DNA of 64,000 bases from Kiritimatiellia bacterium (GCA_031552845.1 JAVBMC010000069.1:2874-66873), one strand, 5' to 3'; positions 8,186 to 18,241 are shown, counted from the first letter of the stretch. The notes: a model not told the origin generated them from the letters alone. A program made the numbers and translations.

Positions 8186-9982
8186 CTAGCCGCCTCCTTT
8201 CATCCGCATCAGCTCATCAAACTTCTCGGCTAACTCAGCGGTATTCTCTTCGATGGCCTTCAAAGTGGCTGAGGCCGCCTTTTCCTCTTCACGCGCGAGA
8301 ACTACGCGCCGTACAGCCTCATCTTCCAAGGAAAGATTCTTGGCATCGCGCCAACCGCCACGGCGTGTCAAGCTGGCGGCATCCTTGGCAAACTGTCTTT
8401 CCGCATCGGCGTTGGCTTTCTCTTCTTCCAGCTGTGCCTTTAGGCTGTCTTTGTTTCTATACCAGCCCCACGCCTGCTGGGATTGCGCCTTGGCGGCGGA
8501 AAGGCGTCCTTGGGCGTCCTGCTGCGCTTTGCTTTGTGCAGCCACCTCTTCACGCACCCCGGTAATCCGCTGATCCAGCTCAATGCCAAGCAACCTCTGA
8601 CGCTCTGCCGCCAACTGAGCTTCGAGCGCACGCCGGGCATCCGCTTCTTTCTGCAAGGCTTCCAGACGTTTGGCTTCCTCTTCTTCGAGCAGTTTCTTAG
8701 CCTCTTCAGCCCGCTTGGCGTCAATCTTCTTCTGACCGTCTGCCATCTGCTGGGCAATGCGCTCCTCTTCGGCCACTTCCGCATCTCGCGTTTCCTGCTC
8801 TTTGGCAGCGGACTCCATTGCCTGTTGTTTGGCGTGCTTGTCTTTGGATTTGCTGTCGACTTCGTCCCAAACATCGCGCACATCGTTTGTCCAGCCGTGG
8901 CGCCCGGAATAGCGCCGAGCGGCGGCATCTGATAAACGCCCTGTGCCCATGCGCGCCAAAAACAGATCCCGGCTATCCCTGAACCCATCCCCTCGCGCCA
9001 TACCGACCACGCCGTTAAGCATCCCGCCTGCTAACATCGGCAGGTTCCAGGCGTGTTGAAGTAAATTGGTTTGGCCGCGCGAACGATCGAATGCGTCTTT
9101 TTTAGCACCGGATCCTTCGTCATTCAACAGGCCATGAAGTTTTCCGACGGCGCTGATTATTCCGGCTATGGCTGCGCTCGCCTTTTCTGCCCATAAAGCC
9201 AAGGTGCCATCCTTAACAAGGCTCTCAATTGCTTTGGTCAGTGCGCCAATACCATCCTTCGCCTGATCAAGAAACGCATCGCCAAAAGTGCGCTTGGCGT
9301 TGTCCCACTGGGAACCGAGCGCCCCGATCATGCCTTCGCCCGTCTCTTCGGTTTCCTTCATTGCACCGTTGAAACGCCCCAGCTGTTTTTCCAGCGTTTG
9401 CCAGATCTCGATATTGGAAGCGCCCGCCGATTGCATAGCCTCTAACTTGGCCGCCACCTCCGGCGTGATCACGCCCATGTTGACCAACTGCATGGTTGCG
9501 CGTTGAATAGGTTCGCCATCGCGGATTACGCCATACGCTCGGCCAATTGAATGCGCTAAACCTTCCAACGGCTGACCGGTAGCGGCGGCGGCATCGCCGA
9601 CCAATTCCAAGGATTTCTTATAACCCAGCGCGCCTTCACTCATCACCAGCATCGCCCTGGACGCAGCGGCGAACTCATCCAGCGAAAACGGTGGCGTGTC
9701 GCCAAGTTCTTTGAGCATCTGCATGTGGCGGCGCGCCTCTTCCATCCCGCCGACAAGCATCTTGAACTGCCGCGTTTGCGTTTCAAACTTTAGAGAAGTT
9801 TCCAGCACGGAATAAAGCTTGGTTGCCGCGCCTCGTACCATCTCGAACCCGGCTTTAATGTTCATCAAATTGCTAAAGATGCCTTTAGCGAATGACTTCA
9901 CACCTGAAGCCGCCTTGGACAACCCCGCGCTGAGGTTGTCTTTTAGCTCGATGATAGCCTTTAATGTCAGATTCTTAGCCAT
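8186..9982 (-). CDS. Tail tape measure protein
   Basis: 598 aa, Ala/Glu/Lys-rich helical; tape-measure-like segment (TPPFSLDEFAAASRAML...VGDAAAATG); position after tube and chaperone. Confidence 0.85.
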   Translation of the reverse strand: MAKNLTLKAIIELKDNLSAGLSKAASGVKSFAKGIFSNLMNIKAGFEMVRGAATKLYSVLETSLKFETQTRQFKMLVGGMEEARRHMQMLKELGDTPPFSLDEFAAASRAMLVMSEGALGYKKSLELVGDAAAATGQPLEGLAHSIGRAYGVIRDGEPIQRATMQLVNMGVITPEVAAKLEAMQSAGASNIEIWQTLEKQLGRFNGAMKETEETGEGMIGALGSQWDNAKRTFGDAFLDQAKDGIGALTKAIESLVKDGTLALWAEKASAAIAGIISAVGKLHGLLNDEGSGAKKDAFDRSRGQTNLLQHAWNLPMLAGGMLNGVVGMARGDGFRDSRDLFLARMGTGRLSDAAARRYSGRHGWTNDVRDVWDEVDSKSKDKHAKQQAMESAAKEQETRDAEVAEEERIAQQMADGQKKIDAKRAEEAKKLLEEEEAKRLEALQKEADARRALEAQLAAERQRLLGIELDQRITGVREEVAAQSKAQQDAQGRLSAAKAQSQQAWGWYRNKDSLKAQLEEEKANADAERQFAKDAASLTRRGGWRDAKNLSLEDEAVRRVVLAREEEKAASATLKAIEENTAELAEKFDELMRMKGGG

Positions 9983-10691
9983 TCTGGATTGCCTTATGCT
10001 TTTGGACTATGGCTTTCTTCGTGCGTGCCAATGCGCCAAGCGCGGCGTTTAAGTCATCATCCGGAGCCTTCGAGACGCCGCCAAAGATGCCCGCGCGGAT
10101 CTCCAAGCAATGACGATAGGCCGAAAACACCGCCCGCGCCGATTTCTTCCACAGCCACGTCTCCGCTGGAATACCGCTCTGGACTTCGATGGCGCCAATG
10201 ATCTTCACCCAAGCATCGCGGATTTCTACGCCTTGCTGTTTCTTGCTGGGCGGCGGCGCATCGCTGCGCCCCAGCACCCAATCCACCGCCGCTTCCAGCT
10301 CTGCCCGTGAGCAGGTAACGCCCAGCGCCCAGGCGTGAACCCGTTCATAAGCCTCTTCTTTGTCGGTCAGCGTGGTAAACACGTTTTCCCGGCTATGTGC
10401 CAAGGCAAACGCGATTGCCCAAAACATCCACGTGTCGGACGCCTTCCACCAAACCTCTGCATACGTTTCCAGCCAGATTGCCGCGCCCACCGACAGCGGC
10501 CACAGATAGACGGCAGTGCTGGCCACCGGACACGGAACGCCAATGAGGTCTAGGCGTTGGCGCGGATCCGGATGCAACACGTTCTCACAGGCGGCATGTA
10601 AGCGCAGAATGTCAGCCGTGTCCGGCGTAATCCCGCGCTCACGCAGATCCGCGAGTGTCGCCTCTAAAAGCTGGCTGGGCTGAGAGGTCAT
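9975..10691 (-). CDS. Putative tail assembly chaperone
   Basis: Position between tail tube and tape measure. Confidence 0.5.
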   Translation of the reverse strand: MTSQPSQLLEATLADLRERGITPDTADILRLHAACENVLHPDPRQRLDLIGVPCPVASTAVYLWPLSVGAAIWLETYAEVWWKASDTWMFWAIAFALAHSRENVFTTLTDKEEAYERVHAWALGVTCSRAELEAAVDWVLGRSDAPPPSKKQQGVEIRDAWVKIIGAIEVQSGIPAETWLWKKSARAVFSAYRHCLEIRAGIFGGVSKAPDDDLNAALGALARTKKAIVQKHKAIQNG

Positions 10692-11413
10692 GCGGCTGCT
10701 TCAGCTGAAATATGTTTGGTGAGGCTGACAGACGCCTTCGTGGCTGCGGTATTACTCTGATCAGAAAGCCCCAGCGAATCCACGTGCCAGTCAGACGCCA
10801 CCGTGTAATCAGTTGCTGGATCCGCATGGCCTGTCATGTCAACTTGCAAGGTTTCCACGCCATCGTGGTTGTCGCCTGCCAAGTGCCCGCCTTCGCCATC
10901 CTGTTCGTCGACGTGCGTGCAGGCCAGCGTATAGTTGTACCCGCGCATGCCCAGCTCGGTTTCATCGTCCAGCTCGAACACCGGTACGCTGCCGTTGCTG
11001 GGAATCTGATCGCCCACTCCGAACCGTGCCGGTAACTTGATCGTAGAAGCATATTGACGGCAGGATCCCGCCGTGTGGCCGTTCCCTGCAATGTGCTTGT
11101 GTCCGTTGACCGTCAGCGTCGGCCAGCCTGTGGGCGAACCCGCTACGGAAATGCTGTCAATATGCCAGCCCGTGGTGGTCACCATGCCGACTTTCGGCAG
11201 CACTAAGCTGCCCGTGGCCTTTTCGCAGATATAGACACAACTGCCGGACGCCGCCTTGCCGTAACCCTGCTGTGCGATCGCGTCACCAGACGAACCCAAT
11301 GCCACCGCCAACTGTTCAGTTGTGGCCGGGTTTGCGCCTGTTTGGAGTTTCCACTCCGCGCCCGCCAATCCAAAAACATCTGTCGGTGTAAAAAATGGAA
11401 CTTTCTCGCTCAT
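10688..11413 (-). CDS. Putative major tail (tube) protein
   Basis: Gly/Thr-rich beta protein of 241 aa after the head-tail joining genes. Confidence 0.55.
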   Translation of the reverse strand: MSEKVPFFTPTDVFGLAGAEWKLQTGANPATTEQLAVALGSSGDAIAQQGYGKAASGSCVYICEKATGSLVLPKVGMVTTTGWHIDSISVAGSPTGWPTLTVNGHKHIAGNGHTAGSCRQYASTIKLPARFGVGDQIPSNGSVPVFELDDETELGMRGYNYTLACTHVDEQDGEGGHLAGDNHDGVETLQVDMTGHADPATDYTVASDWHVDSLGLSDQSNTAATKASVSLTKHISAEAAA

Positions 11414-11874
11414 ACCAATGCTCTCCTAATTACAAATGTGATCTTATAACAAGCCAATGTCGTGCCATCCGGTGCGCTGGCCTGCTGTGTGCGTTCATAA
11501 CAGCTGCGTTTCTCCACCGTGTTGTCATTATTCGGGATCTCCCAGTGCGTCAAAATCCGTTCGATGTGTTCGCAGAGATCAAACAACGTTTGACCATCGC
11601 CAAGCTTCTGCGCTGCGCCCGCGTCTGCCGCCAAAGGTGCCCGCTTATACAACCACACCGCAAAGCGCGTGGTCACCGGCACAGCTCCGGCAGGCTGTGT
11701 ATCAATCCGATCCTGCCCTTCATAAGCCAGAATCATCTCGCCGCCCGCCTTCATCGCCAGAATGCGCGTCAACGGCTCCGTCGGATCGGCGGCAATATGA
11801 CACTTCATCCGGTTCAGTTCCGCTTCAGACTCTAGGCGCTGTTTCAACGCCTCCAATAAAACTTTAACTCTCAT
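11410..11874 (-). CDS. Putative tail terminator (Mu gp37-like position)
   Basis: Synteny after the gp36-like gene. Confidence 0.5.
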   Translation of the reverse strand: MRVKVLLEALKQRLESEAELNRMKCHIAADPTEPLTRILAMKAGGEMILAYEGQDRIDTQPAGAVPVTTRFAVWLYKRAPLAADAGAAQKLGDGQTLFDLCEHIERILTHWEIPNNDNTVEKRSCYERTQQASAPDGTTLACYKITFVIRRALV

Positions 11875-12263
11875 GCCATGAACCCGCCTTTACTCGGCGT
11901 TGCTTTTGTCGGCGTGGTGAGACAATCACCGCCGGACGCTTCACCATCCGGACGCTCGACACCCGCCGCCAAATTGATCAGCCGCTTTTCAGCTGCCGCC
12001 GCTTGCTGTGAAAAAGGATTCCGATCGCCGGAGTAACCCCTCCGGCGATACAGAATCTCTAAACAGAAGACCTTCAAGGCGTAATCAGAAGCCAGCTTCC
12101 ACATCTCCGGCGGTTCCCCGCCAAAGGCGTTGATCACACGCTCGCGCGCCGATTGCGTCACCGCAAACCAAGCCGCCTCATCAGCCTCGCCATCGCCGTT
12201 ATCATCCAATGCTTGAATCAGCGACTCGCGCGGCATTTCACCCTGAAGATCTTCCCAGTCCAT
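11871..12263 (-). CDS. Head-tail adaptor, Mu gp36/DUF1320-like
   Basis: LIQALDDNGDG N-terminus and helical C-terminus; follows the major head gene. Confidence 0.7.
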   Translation of the reverse strand: MDWEDLQGEMPRESLIQALDDNGDGEADEAAWFAVTQSARERVINAFGGEPPEMWKLASDYALKVFCLEILYRRRGYSGDRNPFSQQAAAAEKRLINLAAGVERPDGEASGGDCLTTPTKATPSKGGFMA

Positions 12264-13237
12264 TATTCCCCTCCGGTCCCGCCGCCAGACGCCGCATCAG
12301 GATCCACCCATGCAGTCACATCCTTGTCAGGATTGCCCATGTAAGCCAGGAACGGCAGCGTCATAAACGCCTCGCCACGCGCATCCGTCCCGTAGAGGAA
12401 CTTGTTGCCATTGAAGACGTTTGCGTCTGTGTCCTTGTCCAGGCGCGTCAGCACCGGCTCTTTGCGCTTTTGGACGCAGACGGCCTTGATACCGTTCTTC
12501 TCGCCCACGATAAACCACGACTTTTCGTGTGTGCCGACCAGATCCTCTGCCACACGCACCTTCAGGTTAATGGCAGGGGAAGTGTTGGAAACGCTCGTGG
12601 TGCCGTCGCTGATCAGTGTCGCCTCGCAGATCCGCTTGGCCAGCGATTCCAACGCAGGACCAACGACCAACACAACCGGACGGACGCCTGCCGTCTGATC
12701 GCCATTCAGCTGCCAGCCGCGCATCGTTGCCATCGCTGCTTCAACGGCACTCTGCGACAAAGCCGCTTTGGAAGCGTTGGTGACCGTATTCCTGCCGAAC
12801 TTACGCCCGGAACAGAAAAACTTGTTGCCGTCCGCCCAAAGATCATTGGCAACCATCGCGCCAACCGTCAGTTGTAGCCACAGCTTTGCAGCCGCTGCGC
12901 CCATGCTGGCGATCAACTGCGCGTAGACGCCATAGGCATCATCTTCGATTGCATTACGCGGCACCTCAACCGTGCTCTCAAAAGGCCGGTTGACTACGGT
13001 CAGCAGTCCCAACTCCAAGGTGTTGATTACACGATCGCCAGCCCATTCCTTCATGGAGGGCAGCTGATTCAGCCACGCATGATTGGTAGCGGCACCGCCG
13101 GAGGGGACCAGCATAGCCACATCTTCAACCAGCAAGTCATTTGCATTGACCCGCTCATCAGCAGGCGCCATTGCGGCATTAAACTTGGCGTTGAATGTCT
13201 GAAACAAGGCATCCATCGTTGCTTTATTCGTATCCAT
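12263..13237 (-). CDS. Major capsid protein, Mu gpT-like
   Basis: WLNQLPSMKEWAGDR, NRPFESTVEVPRNAIEDDAYG and QKRKEP motifs of the Mu-like gpT family. Confidence 0.9.
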   Translation of the reverse strand: MDTNKATMDALFQTFNAKFNAAMAPADERVNANDLLVEDVAMLVPSGGAATNHAWLNQLPSMKEWAGDRVINTLELGLLTVVNRPFESTVEVPRNAIEDDAYGVYAQLIASMGAAAAKLWLQLTVGAMVANDLWADGNKFFCSGRKFGRNTVTNASKAALSQSAVEAAMATMRGWQLNGDQTAGVRPVVLVVGPALESLAKRICEATLISDGTTSVSNTSPAINLKVRVAEDLVGTHEKSWFIVGEKNGIKAVCVQKRKEPVLTRLDKDTDANVFNGNKFLYGTDARGEAFMTLPFLAYMGNPDKDVTAWVDPDAASGGGTGGE

Positions 13238-13276
13238 AGATTTATAAAAACCTTTCTTGTTTGTTTCTACCCGGAC

Positions 13277-14248
13277 TTACTTGGCTTTCGTCGGCCAAAC
13301 CTTATCCGGATCCATCCCGCAGCTCAACGCGATCGTACGCGCCTCCGGCGTGATGCCTTCCGTCAAAGATGTTTCCTTGACGTTGCCCGGCGTGCGTGCA
13401 TGCAGCGGCACGGTCACAGCCAACGCCTTCACGTGCTCTTGGAGGGATGCCAGCGACATCTCGCCAACCGCCGTTGCGGACAGCGCCACAACCTTACCCT
13501 CGGCCTTGGCAGCATCCAAGACCGCTTGCTTATCGCGTTTAAGCAGCTCGCCCTGCAAACTGACAAGACCAGCCGACAACGGTGCTACTGCCGCCTGAAC
13601 GGCTTCCTGAATGGCGTCCGTTGCGTCCGGCGCCGTCTTAGCTGCCGCATCAAGCGCAGCCTGAATGTCTTCATCGCTTGCATCGGACGCAAGGCCCAGC
13701 AGCGCGATCAACTTGGATTTGTAATCCATGTGTGATGTTCCTTTATTGTTGTTAAAATGCGGCCACGCATTCAGCGGCGCCGCCGTGAACTCCATATCCG
13801 GCACTGCGCCCGTACGGCAGAGTGCCACCGACATGATCCCAACTGCCTCACCTGCCTTGTCGACGATAGGTGCGGCCGAAACATCGATATAATTGTGGGC
13901 GCTCTCAATGCCCAACGGCGTCCAGCTAACCATGGACAGATAGACGCCATCACCCGGAACGATCTCAATATGACCATAACCCGCCACCGGACGCGGCTCT
14001 TTGCTTTCTTTCCAGGCGGGCGTGCCCTCGACTGTGTTATGCTCGAAGTCCAAGGGAACCGTTCGGAAAGGATATTCCGGCGCAATGGAACTTTTCAAAA
14101 GCTTGTCACCGATAAAAATCCGCGTCTTGCGCGCATTAGGGTTTTCGCCCCAGTTCAAAACCTTAATCCGCTTCGGCAGCTTGCCCGGCTCCAAAACCGT
14201 GGGCACCGCCGCCGCCAAAACCAGTGAAAATAGATGTTGTTTGTGCAT
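13277..14248 (-). CDS. Prohead protease/scaffold, Mu gpI-like
   Basis: PLDFEHNT, YIDVSA and SVALC motifs; Ala-rich scaffold-like C-terminus. Start chosen at ATG 14248. Confidence 0.85.
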   Translation of the reverse strand: MHKQHLFSLVLAAAVPTVLEPGKLPKRIKVLNWGENPNARKTRIFIGDKLLKSSIAPEYPFRTVPLDFEHNTVEGTPAWKESKEPRPVAGYGHIEIVPGDGVYLSMVSWTPLGIESAHNYIDVSAAPIVDKAGEAVGIMSVALCRTGAVPDMEFTAAPLNAWPHFNNNKGTSHMDYKSKLIALLGLASDASDEDIQAALDAAAKTAPDATDAIQEAVQAAVAPLSAGLVSLQGELLKRDKQAVLDAAKAEGKVVALSATAVGEMSLASLQEHVKALAVTVPLHARTPGNVKETSLTEGITPEARTIALSCGMDPDKVWPTKAK

Positions 14249-14283
14249 GGGCAAAAGTCTACCATAACACAAGCTTTACCACT

Positions 14284-14302
14284 CGCGGGTGCGGGGCGTG
14301 TG
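14284..14302 (-). promoter_or_regulatory. Putative late-promoter activator site upstream of the protease/capsid operon
   Basis: CACACGCCCCGCACCCGCG, 18/19 identical to 32533-32551. Confidence 0.65.
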
Positions 14303-14308
14303 AGCGAC

Positions 14309-14339
14309 AAAAAAAGCCGCCCCAGTGACGGGACGGCTT
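14309..14339 (-). terminator. Rho-independent terminator after the gpG-like gene
   Basis: Minus strand GCCGTCCC-GTCACT-GGGGCGGC followed by T7. Confidence 0.8.
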
Positions 14340-14364
14340 CGTTTTAAATTTGAAAGACGGTTGG

Positions 14365-14778
14365 TTATTTTAGCAGATGGTTCACCATCGCTTCAACTGC
14401 GTCTTGGATTACATCTAAGGCTTGTGGGGCGATTTCGCCACTCGTATCTACCGGGAAGTAAGGCCGTGCCGGGAGATTGCGTGGTTCATAGCCATAATTC
14501 TGTGCGCAGGCATACGGGCGGTCTGTGCCGACCGCGATTGCATCCACGCTCAAAGGTTCCAGTTGAAGGCTCTTACACAGCAGACCCTCTTTTTGGAGTG
14601 TTGCCTCCGAACCATCTTTCTTCGGCGGCCATGGTGTAAGGCGGCGTACAGGGTCAGTCCAAGACAGCTCCGATTCGCTTTGCAGTGCCATTCCAGACGC
14701 AATCAAGATCGGTGTTTTATCCCGCAGCTTGTAGATCAGCCGCGCCAGTTCCGGAGAAACTTCATCAATGAGGTTCAT
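14365..14778 (-). CDS. Virion morphogenesis protein, Mu gpG-like
   Basis: LQKEGLLCKSL, VGTDRPYACAQNYG and PARPYFP motifs. Confidence 0.85.
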   Translation of the reverse strand: MNLIDEVSPELARLIYKLRDKTPILIASGMALQSESELSWTDPVRRLTPWPPKKDGSEATLQKEGLLCKSLQLEPLSVDAIAVGTDRPYACAQNYGYEPRNLPARPYFPVDTSGEIAPQALDVIQDAVEAMVNHLLK

Positions 14779-15004
14779 CAGCCGATTCCTCCCGCAGCCA
14801 TTTCAAAATACGCGGCCACCGTTCCTCAGATGGAATCAGCCGACCCCGTGCCTCGTTCTCACGGTGCCACCGGTTCACTGCGTCAATCAATTCGCTCAGG
14901 CGGGCTGACTGCTCCGGTGTCGGACGCGTCTTGCCATCCGTGGGCAGATTCAGCTTGCGGACCTCCGCCTCAAATTCATCCTGGTCAATGATACGTTCGT
15001 CCAT
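14765..15004 (-). CDS. Small hypothetical protein downstream of MuF (candidate immunity protein)
   Basis: 79 aa, 2 nt after the MuF stop, overlaps the next gene. Confidence 0.6.
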   Translation of the reverse strand: MDERIIDQDEFEAEVRKLNLPTDGKTRPTPEQSARLSELIDAVNRWHRENEARGRLIPSEERWPRILKWLREESADEPH

Positions 15005-15006
15005 GG

Positions 15007-16158
15007 CTAAAATGTCCTTTTGATTTCAGTGTAACGGATGAGACCCGCATCTTCAAGCTTTTTAAGCGCGTCACGGTAGTTTTTTCGGAAGTGAGCCAAC
15101 AGCAGTACCATCTCATCGGCATCCAAGCGGATCGGTTCCAAAACCTCCACCACGCTGTACCGCGTCTCCCCCACCACCGTCAGCCGCTGGCAGGCATCGC
15201 TATTCGCCAGCGTGGTCGCCAGATCCTGCGGACTGACCAGATGGTCGCCGCCCGGATGATTGTGCAGCACCGCCATCCGCACCTGCGCCGCCCGCGCCAC
15301 GTCAAAGATGTTGCCTTCGCTCACGTAATCATTTGTGCCGTGGCTGCGGGCAACCACATCGCCTGTAGCATAATCCCGGGCAATCAGCCGTTCGGTCTTC
15401 AATCCCTTCACCTCCGCCAGATCCTTCCGGTCGTAATCCTGCCACAGCCAATCCCAAGCCGTCTGTTCAGGGTTGCCATACGTCTGCACCGGCGTCTTAC
15501 GCATCGCCGCACAAAAACACATCCACTCCGCAGGCAGATACTTTTCTTTCACCTGATCCAGATTCACCGTCAGGTTCTTCGGATGAAAGCCATACCCTGA
15601 CTTCGCTGGCGCTCCCGGTAGTTTACTCACGTCACACACGCCGCCCAAACCCTCAGCTTGCCTTTTTGTCAGCTGCGTAACCATGCAACGACACCCCCAT
15701 TCCCACGGCGGATAGTGAGTATCCCACCACGGATCATCCGCCGGAACAATCTTGCCGTCCAGCTCTTTATGCCCGTCACGCACCCTATCGTCATTCATGC
15801 AGCTATACCGCCAATACGGAAAAATAACAGCCATGTACTGTTGTTGCGAATACCGTCCGGCGGAATAAGCTTGAAAGCCGTTGACACGCAAAAGTAGCTC
15901 TGCCCGCGCCTTTGCGCCTTGCTGGTCGCCGCCGATCACAGCGGCAATACCGTTTTTGATTTTGCTCCAATCGCCCCCTGCTGGCAGCTCGGCAATCATA
16001 TCGCGGATCCGCGCTAACGCCTGCAAGTCCTCAATTCCGGATGCCGTGAAAGCGCGCACCTTCAACGCCGCTGGCAGTTGTCCGAATGCTTCCGGATTGA
16101 TTGCTGCCTTCCCGCGAATATAGCGGATGGCCACTTCATTATCGACTACGTCTAACAT
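15007..16158 (-). CDS. MuF (gp30) head morphogenesis protein with C-terminal JAB/JAMM-like domain
   Basis: MuF motifs DRVRDGH and YPPWEWGCRC; C-terminal HNHPGGDHLVSPQD matches HxHx7Sx2D. Confidence 0.85.
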   Translation of the reverse strand: MLDVVDNEVAIRYIRGKAAINPEAFGQLPAALKVRAFTASGIEDLQALARIRDMIAELPAGGDWSKIKNGIAAVIGGDQQGAKARAELLLRVNGFQAYSAGRYSQQQYMAVIFPYWRYSCMNDDRVRDGHKELDGKIVPADDPWWDTHYPPWEWGCRCMVTQLTKRQAEGLGGVCDVSKLPGAPAKSGYGFHPKNLTVNLDQVKEKYLPAEWMCFCAAMRKTPVQTYGNPEQTAWDWLWQDYDRKDLAEVKGLKTERLIARDYATGDVVARSHGTNDYVSEGNIFDVARAAQVRMAVLHNHPGGDHLVSPQDLATTLANSDACQRLTVVGETRYSVVEVLEPIRLDADEMVLLLAHFRKNYRDALKKLEDAGLIRYTEIKRTF

Positions 16159-16167
16159 TTATGCCTC

Positions 16168-16665
16168 CTATGCAGTGAATACGCCTACCTTACCAAGACC
16201 GCTTGCTTCCAATTGACGAAGTAAAGATGCCTCTTGCTCTGAAAATGCCACAAGGCACGATGGCGCATTGGCAGAATTGCCCTGTTGGCCGTCGACGTAA
16301 TGAAATCGAAGCCGCCCCTTAATAAACAAGATGGTTGCGCCAGCTTGAAAAATATCCTCTTGAAAGCCACGTGTTTCTGTCCGTGCAAAAATCAATGCCA
16401 ATCCACTGCCGCCTGTTTGGCAATGTTCACGGAGGCGTTTAATCCAGTTAAATGTTTCACGGTCATACGGCGGATTCAGCCACACGCGCCCAATCCACGG
16501 ATGCGCGAGGCCGTCCTCTTCTTTGGTGTAATGATATGTAGCCGTATCCCAAGGCCTGTTAATCGGCACACAGGGATCTAAGTCAAACTTACCAAGCTGT
16601 TTCAACAGGCTGGGCGGCGTAAGCCATTCGTCATTGTTCACAGTATTGGTATTAAAGTTTTTCAT
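16168..16665 (-). CDS. Phage DNA N6-adenine methyltransferase
   Basis: DEWLTP, FDLDPC, VWLNPPY, ALIFARTET and FIKGRLRF motifs. Start at ATG 16665. Confidence 0.85.
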   Translation of the reverse strand: MKNFNTNTVNNDEWLTPPSLLKQLGKFDLDPCVPINRPWDTATYHYTKEEDGLAHPWIGRVWLNPPYDRETFNWIKRLREHCQTGGSGLALIFARTETRGFQEDIFQAGATILFIKGRLRFHYVDGQQGNSANAPSCLVAFSEQEASLLRQLEASGLGKVGVFTA

Positions 16666-16666
16666 C

Positions 16667-17185
16667 CTATTCCTTCCGCTTCCATCCGCCCATGCCATTG
16701 GCCTCTAAGTAATGGCGCCGCTCATCGCCATCCTCATCCCAGAAATCCGGATCATCTGCACAGGCTGCCAGATGACGGAACCAACTGTCCAACTCCAACA
16801 ACCAACACCCCGGCGACACGTGGTGCATTTCGATATAACCGGCACGGTTCAACCGTTTCAATGTTTCATACTTCCGGCCTCGATCGAGATCACGAAAGCC
16901 AAGCTCTGTACAAAGGCTAATCGATAACCGAATATATTTGCCCCCCAGCGGGATCGGTACAAAGCCGCCTTCGTTTTTTTTCTCCACCCAACGGCAAAGC
17001 GTATAGGTTGGCGGCTGTTGACCATTCTTAGGCGTCCAGACAAGTTTATCCGGTGCAATTCGCACCATCACCGGCTCGGCCAACTCTCGGAACTTTTTTG
17101 AGGCCGCTTCCACATCGGGCGACTTTTTAGGTTTCACCTCCTCATCGCCATCCCAAAAGGTCTGTTGAACGATATTTTTACTCAT
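16667..17185 (-). CDS. Hypothetical protein (candidate late activator by position)
   Basis: ATG 17185 after GGAGG; near the end of the early operon; function inferred only. Confidence 0.55.
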   Translation of the reverse strand: MSKNIVQQTFWDGDEEVKPKKSPDVEAASKKFRELAEPVMVRIAPDKLVWTPKNGQQPPTYTLCRWVEKKNEGGFVPIPLGGKYIRLSISLCTELGFRDLDRGRKYETLKRLNRAGYIEMHHVSPGCWLLELDSWFRHLAACADDPDFWDEDGDERRHYLEANGMGGWKRKE

Positions 17186-17398
17186 CTTGCACCTCCGCTT
17201 GTCGGTTATCGGCTTAACAGCCACGAGAAGCCACGGGAAACGAGGGGGAAATGACTTTAAGAGGGCGGACATAAAAATATAGCCCCCCTCCCCATCCCCC
17301 CATCTTAAAACGCACGAAAACACTGTTTTTAGAATCGCGCTGCGGACGCGGATATGACCCTGCGGTTTGCACCGCCGTGAATTGCGGCTGTAAAAAAA

Positions 17399-17914
17399 TC
17401 ATTTGCGCTTCTTTCCGCCACGATTGCGTAAAGTAAACAGCACACTCCACACCTGTTTGGCGGTTGCTTGTTTGCGGGTTGTCTTGTGGATCTTCACAAA
17501 CAACGAATCAACGTACCGCGCCACGCCATCGACGCCACCGAACGCATCCACCCAAACCTTCTCTTCGTTCGATAGCGCATTGTTCGCCCGGCGCCATTCA
17601 TCGGCGGATTGCATCGCCTCCGGACTTGCGGGAACACCCCGCGCCGCCACCGTCCCGGCCAGCTTGGCAAAGTAGATGCGGACTTTCGAGTACTCACGTT
17701 GGTTGATCAGCTTAAAGCTGGTCTTGTGGCAAGCATCCCACAGCGCGCCTTTGCGGAACACGTCGAAACTCTCATCGTCCACCAACCCCAGCCGTTTCTG
17801 TTCATCATAGGCTTTATGCGCCACGATGATCAGATCCCGCTTCTGCGTGTTGGTGATAAAGCAATCACCTTGCCCTCGCACCGCCTGATCTGCTTTGTTG
17901 TCATCCTTTTTCAT
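17399..17914 (-). CDS. GemA/DUF1018-like early protein
   Basis: LGLVDDESFDVFRK...TSFKLI...YFAKL resembles GemA; early operon position. Confidence 0.5.
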   Translation of the reverse strand: MKKDDNKADQAVRGQGDCFITNTQKRDLIIVAHKAYDEQKRLGLVDDESFDVFRKGALWDACHKTSFKLINQREYSKVRIYFAKLAGTVAARGVPASPEAMQSADEWRRANNALSNEEKVWVDAFGGVDGVARYVDSLFVKIHKTTRKQATAKQVWSVLFTLRNRGGKKRK

Positions 17915-18073
17915 CGTCACTCCTCTCTTCCTCTCCGCGCCTCCGCGTCTCCGCGTGAGCTTCACCCACCTACTCGCGTTAGCCTCTCAACTTATTACCT
18001 ATTACTTCTTACTTCGCTCTCGTCTTGGCTTCAAATATCCGAGGCGGTGTTACCCGCCCCGGCGGTTTCCATG

Positions 18074-18241
18074 CTAACCCTTTTTCTTGCGCGTTTTCTT
18101 CGGCTTATCCGCTGCGGGCGTCTTCGGCTCTTCAGCCGGAGTTTCCGCTGCTGTGCCCGAAGGAATCGGCAATCCCTTCGGCGGTTTAACCGCCGTGCTC
18201 TTAACGGCAGTACTCCTGCGTTGCGTCCATTTAACTGGCAT
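18074..18241 (-). CDS. Small basic Pro/Lys-rich protein
   Basis: ATG 18241 after GGAGG, directly after the Gam stop; ends KPKKTRKKKG. Confidence 0.5.
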   Translation of the reverse strand: MPVKWTQRRSTAVKSTAVKPPKGLPIPSGTAAETPAEEPKTPAADKPKKTRKKKG

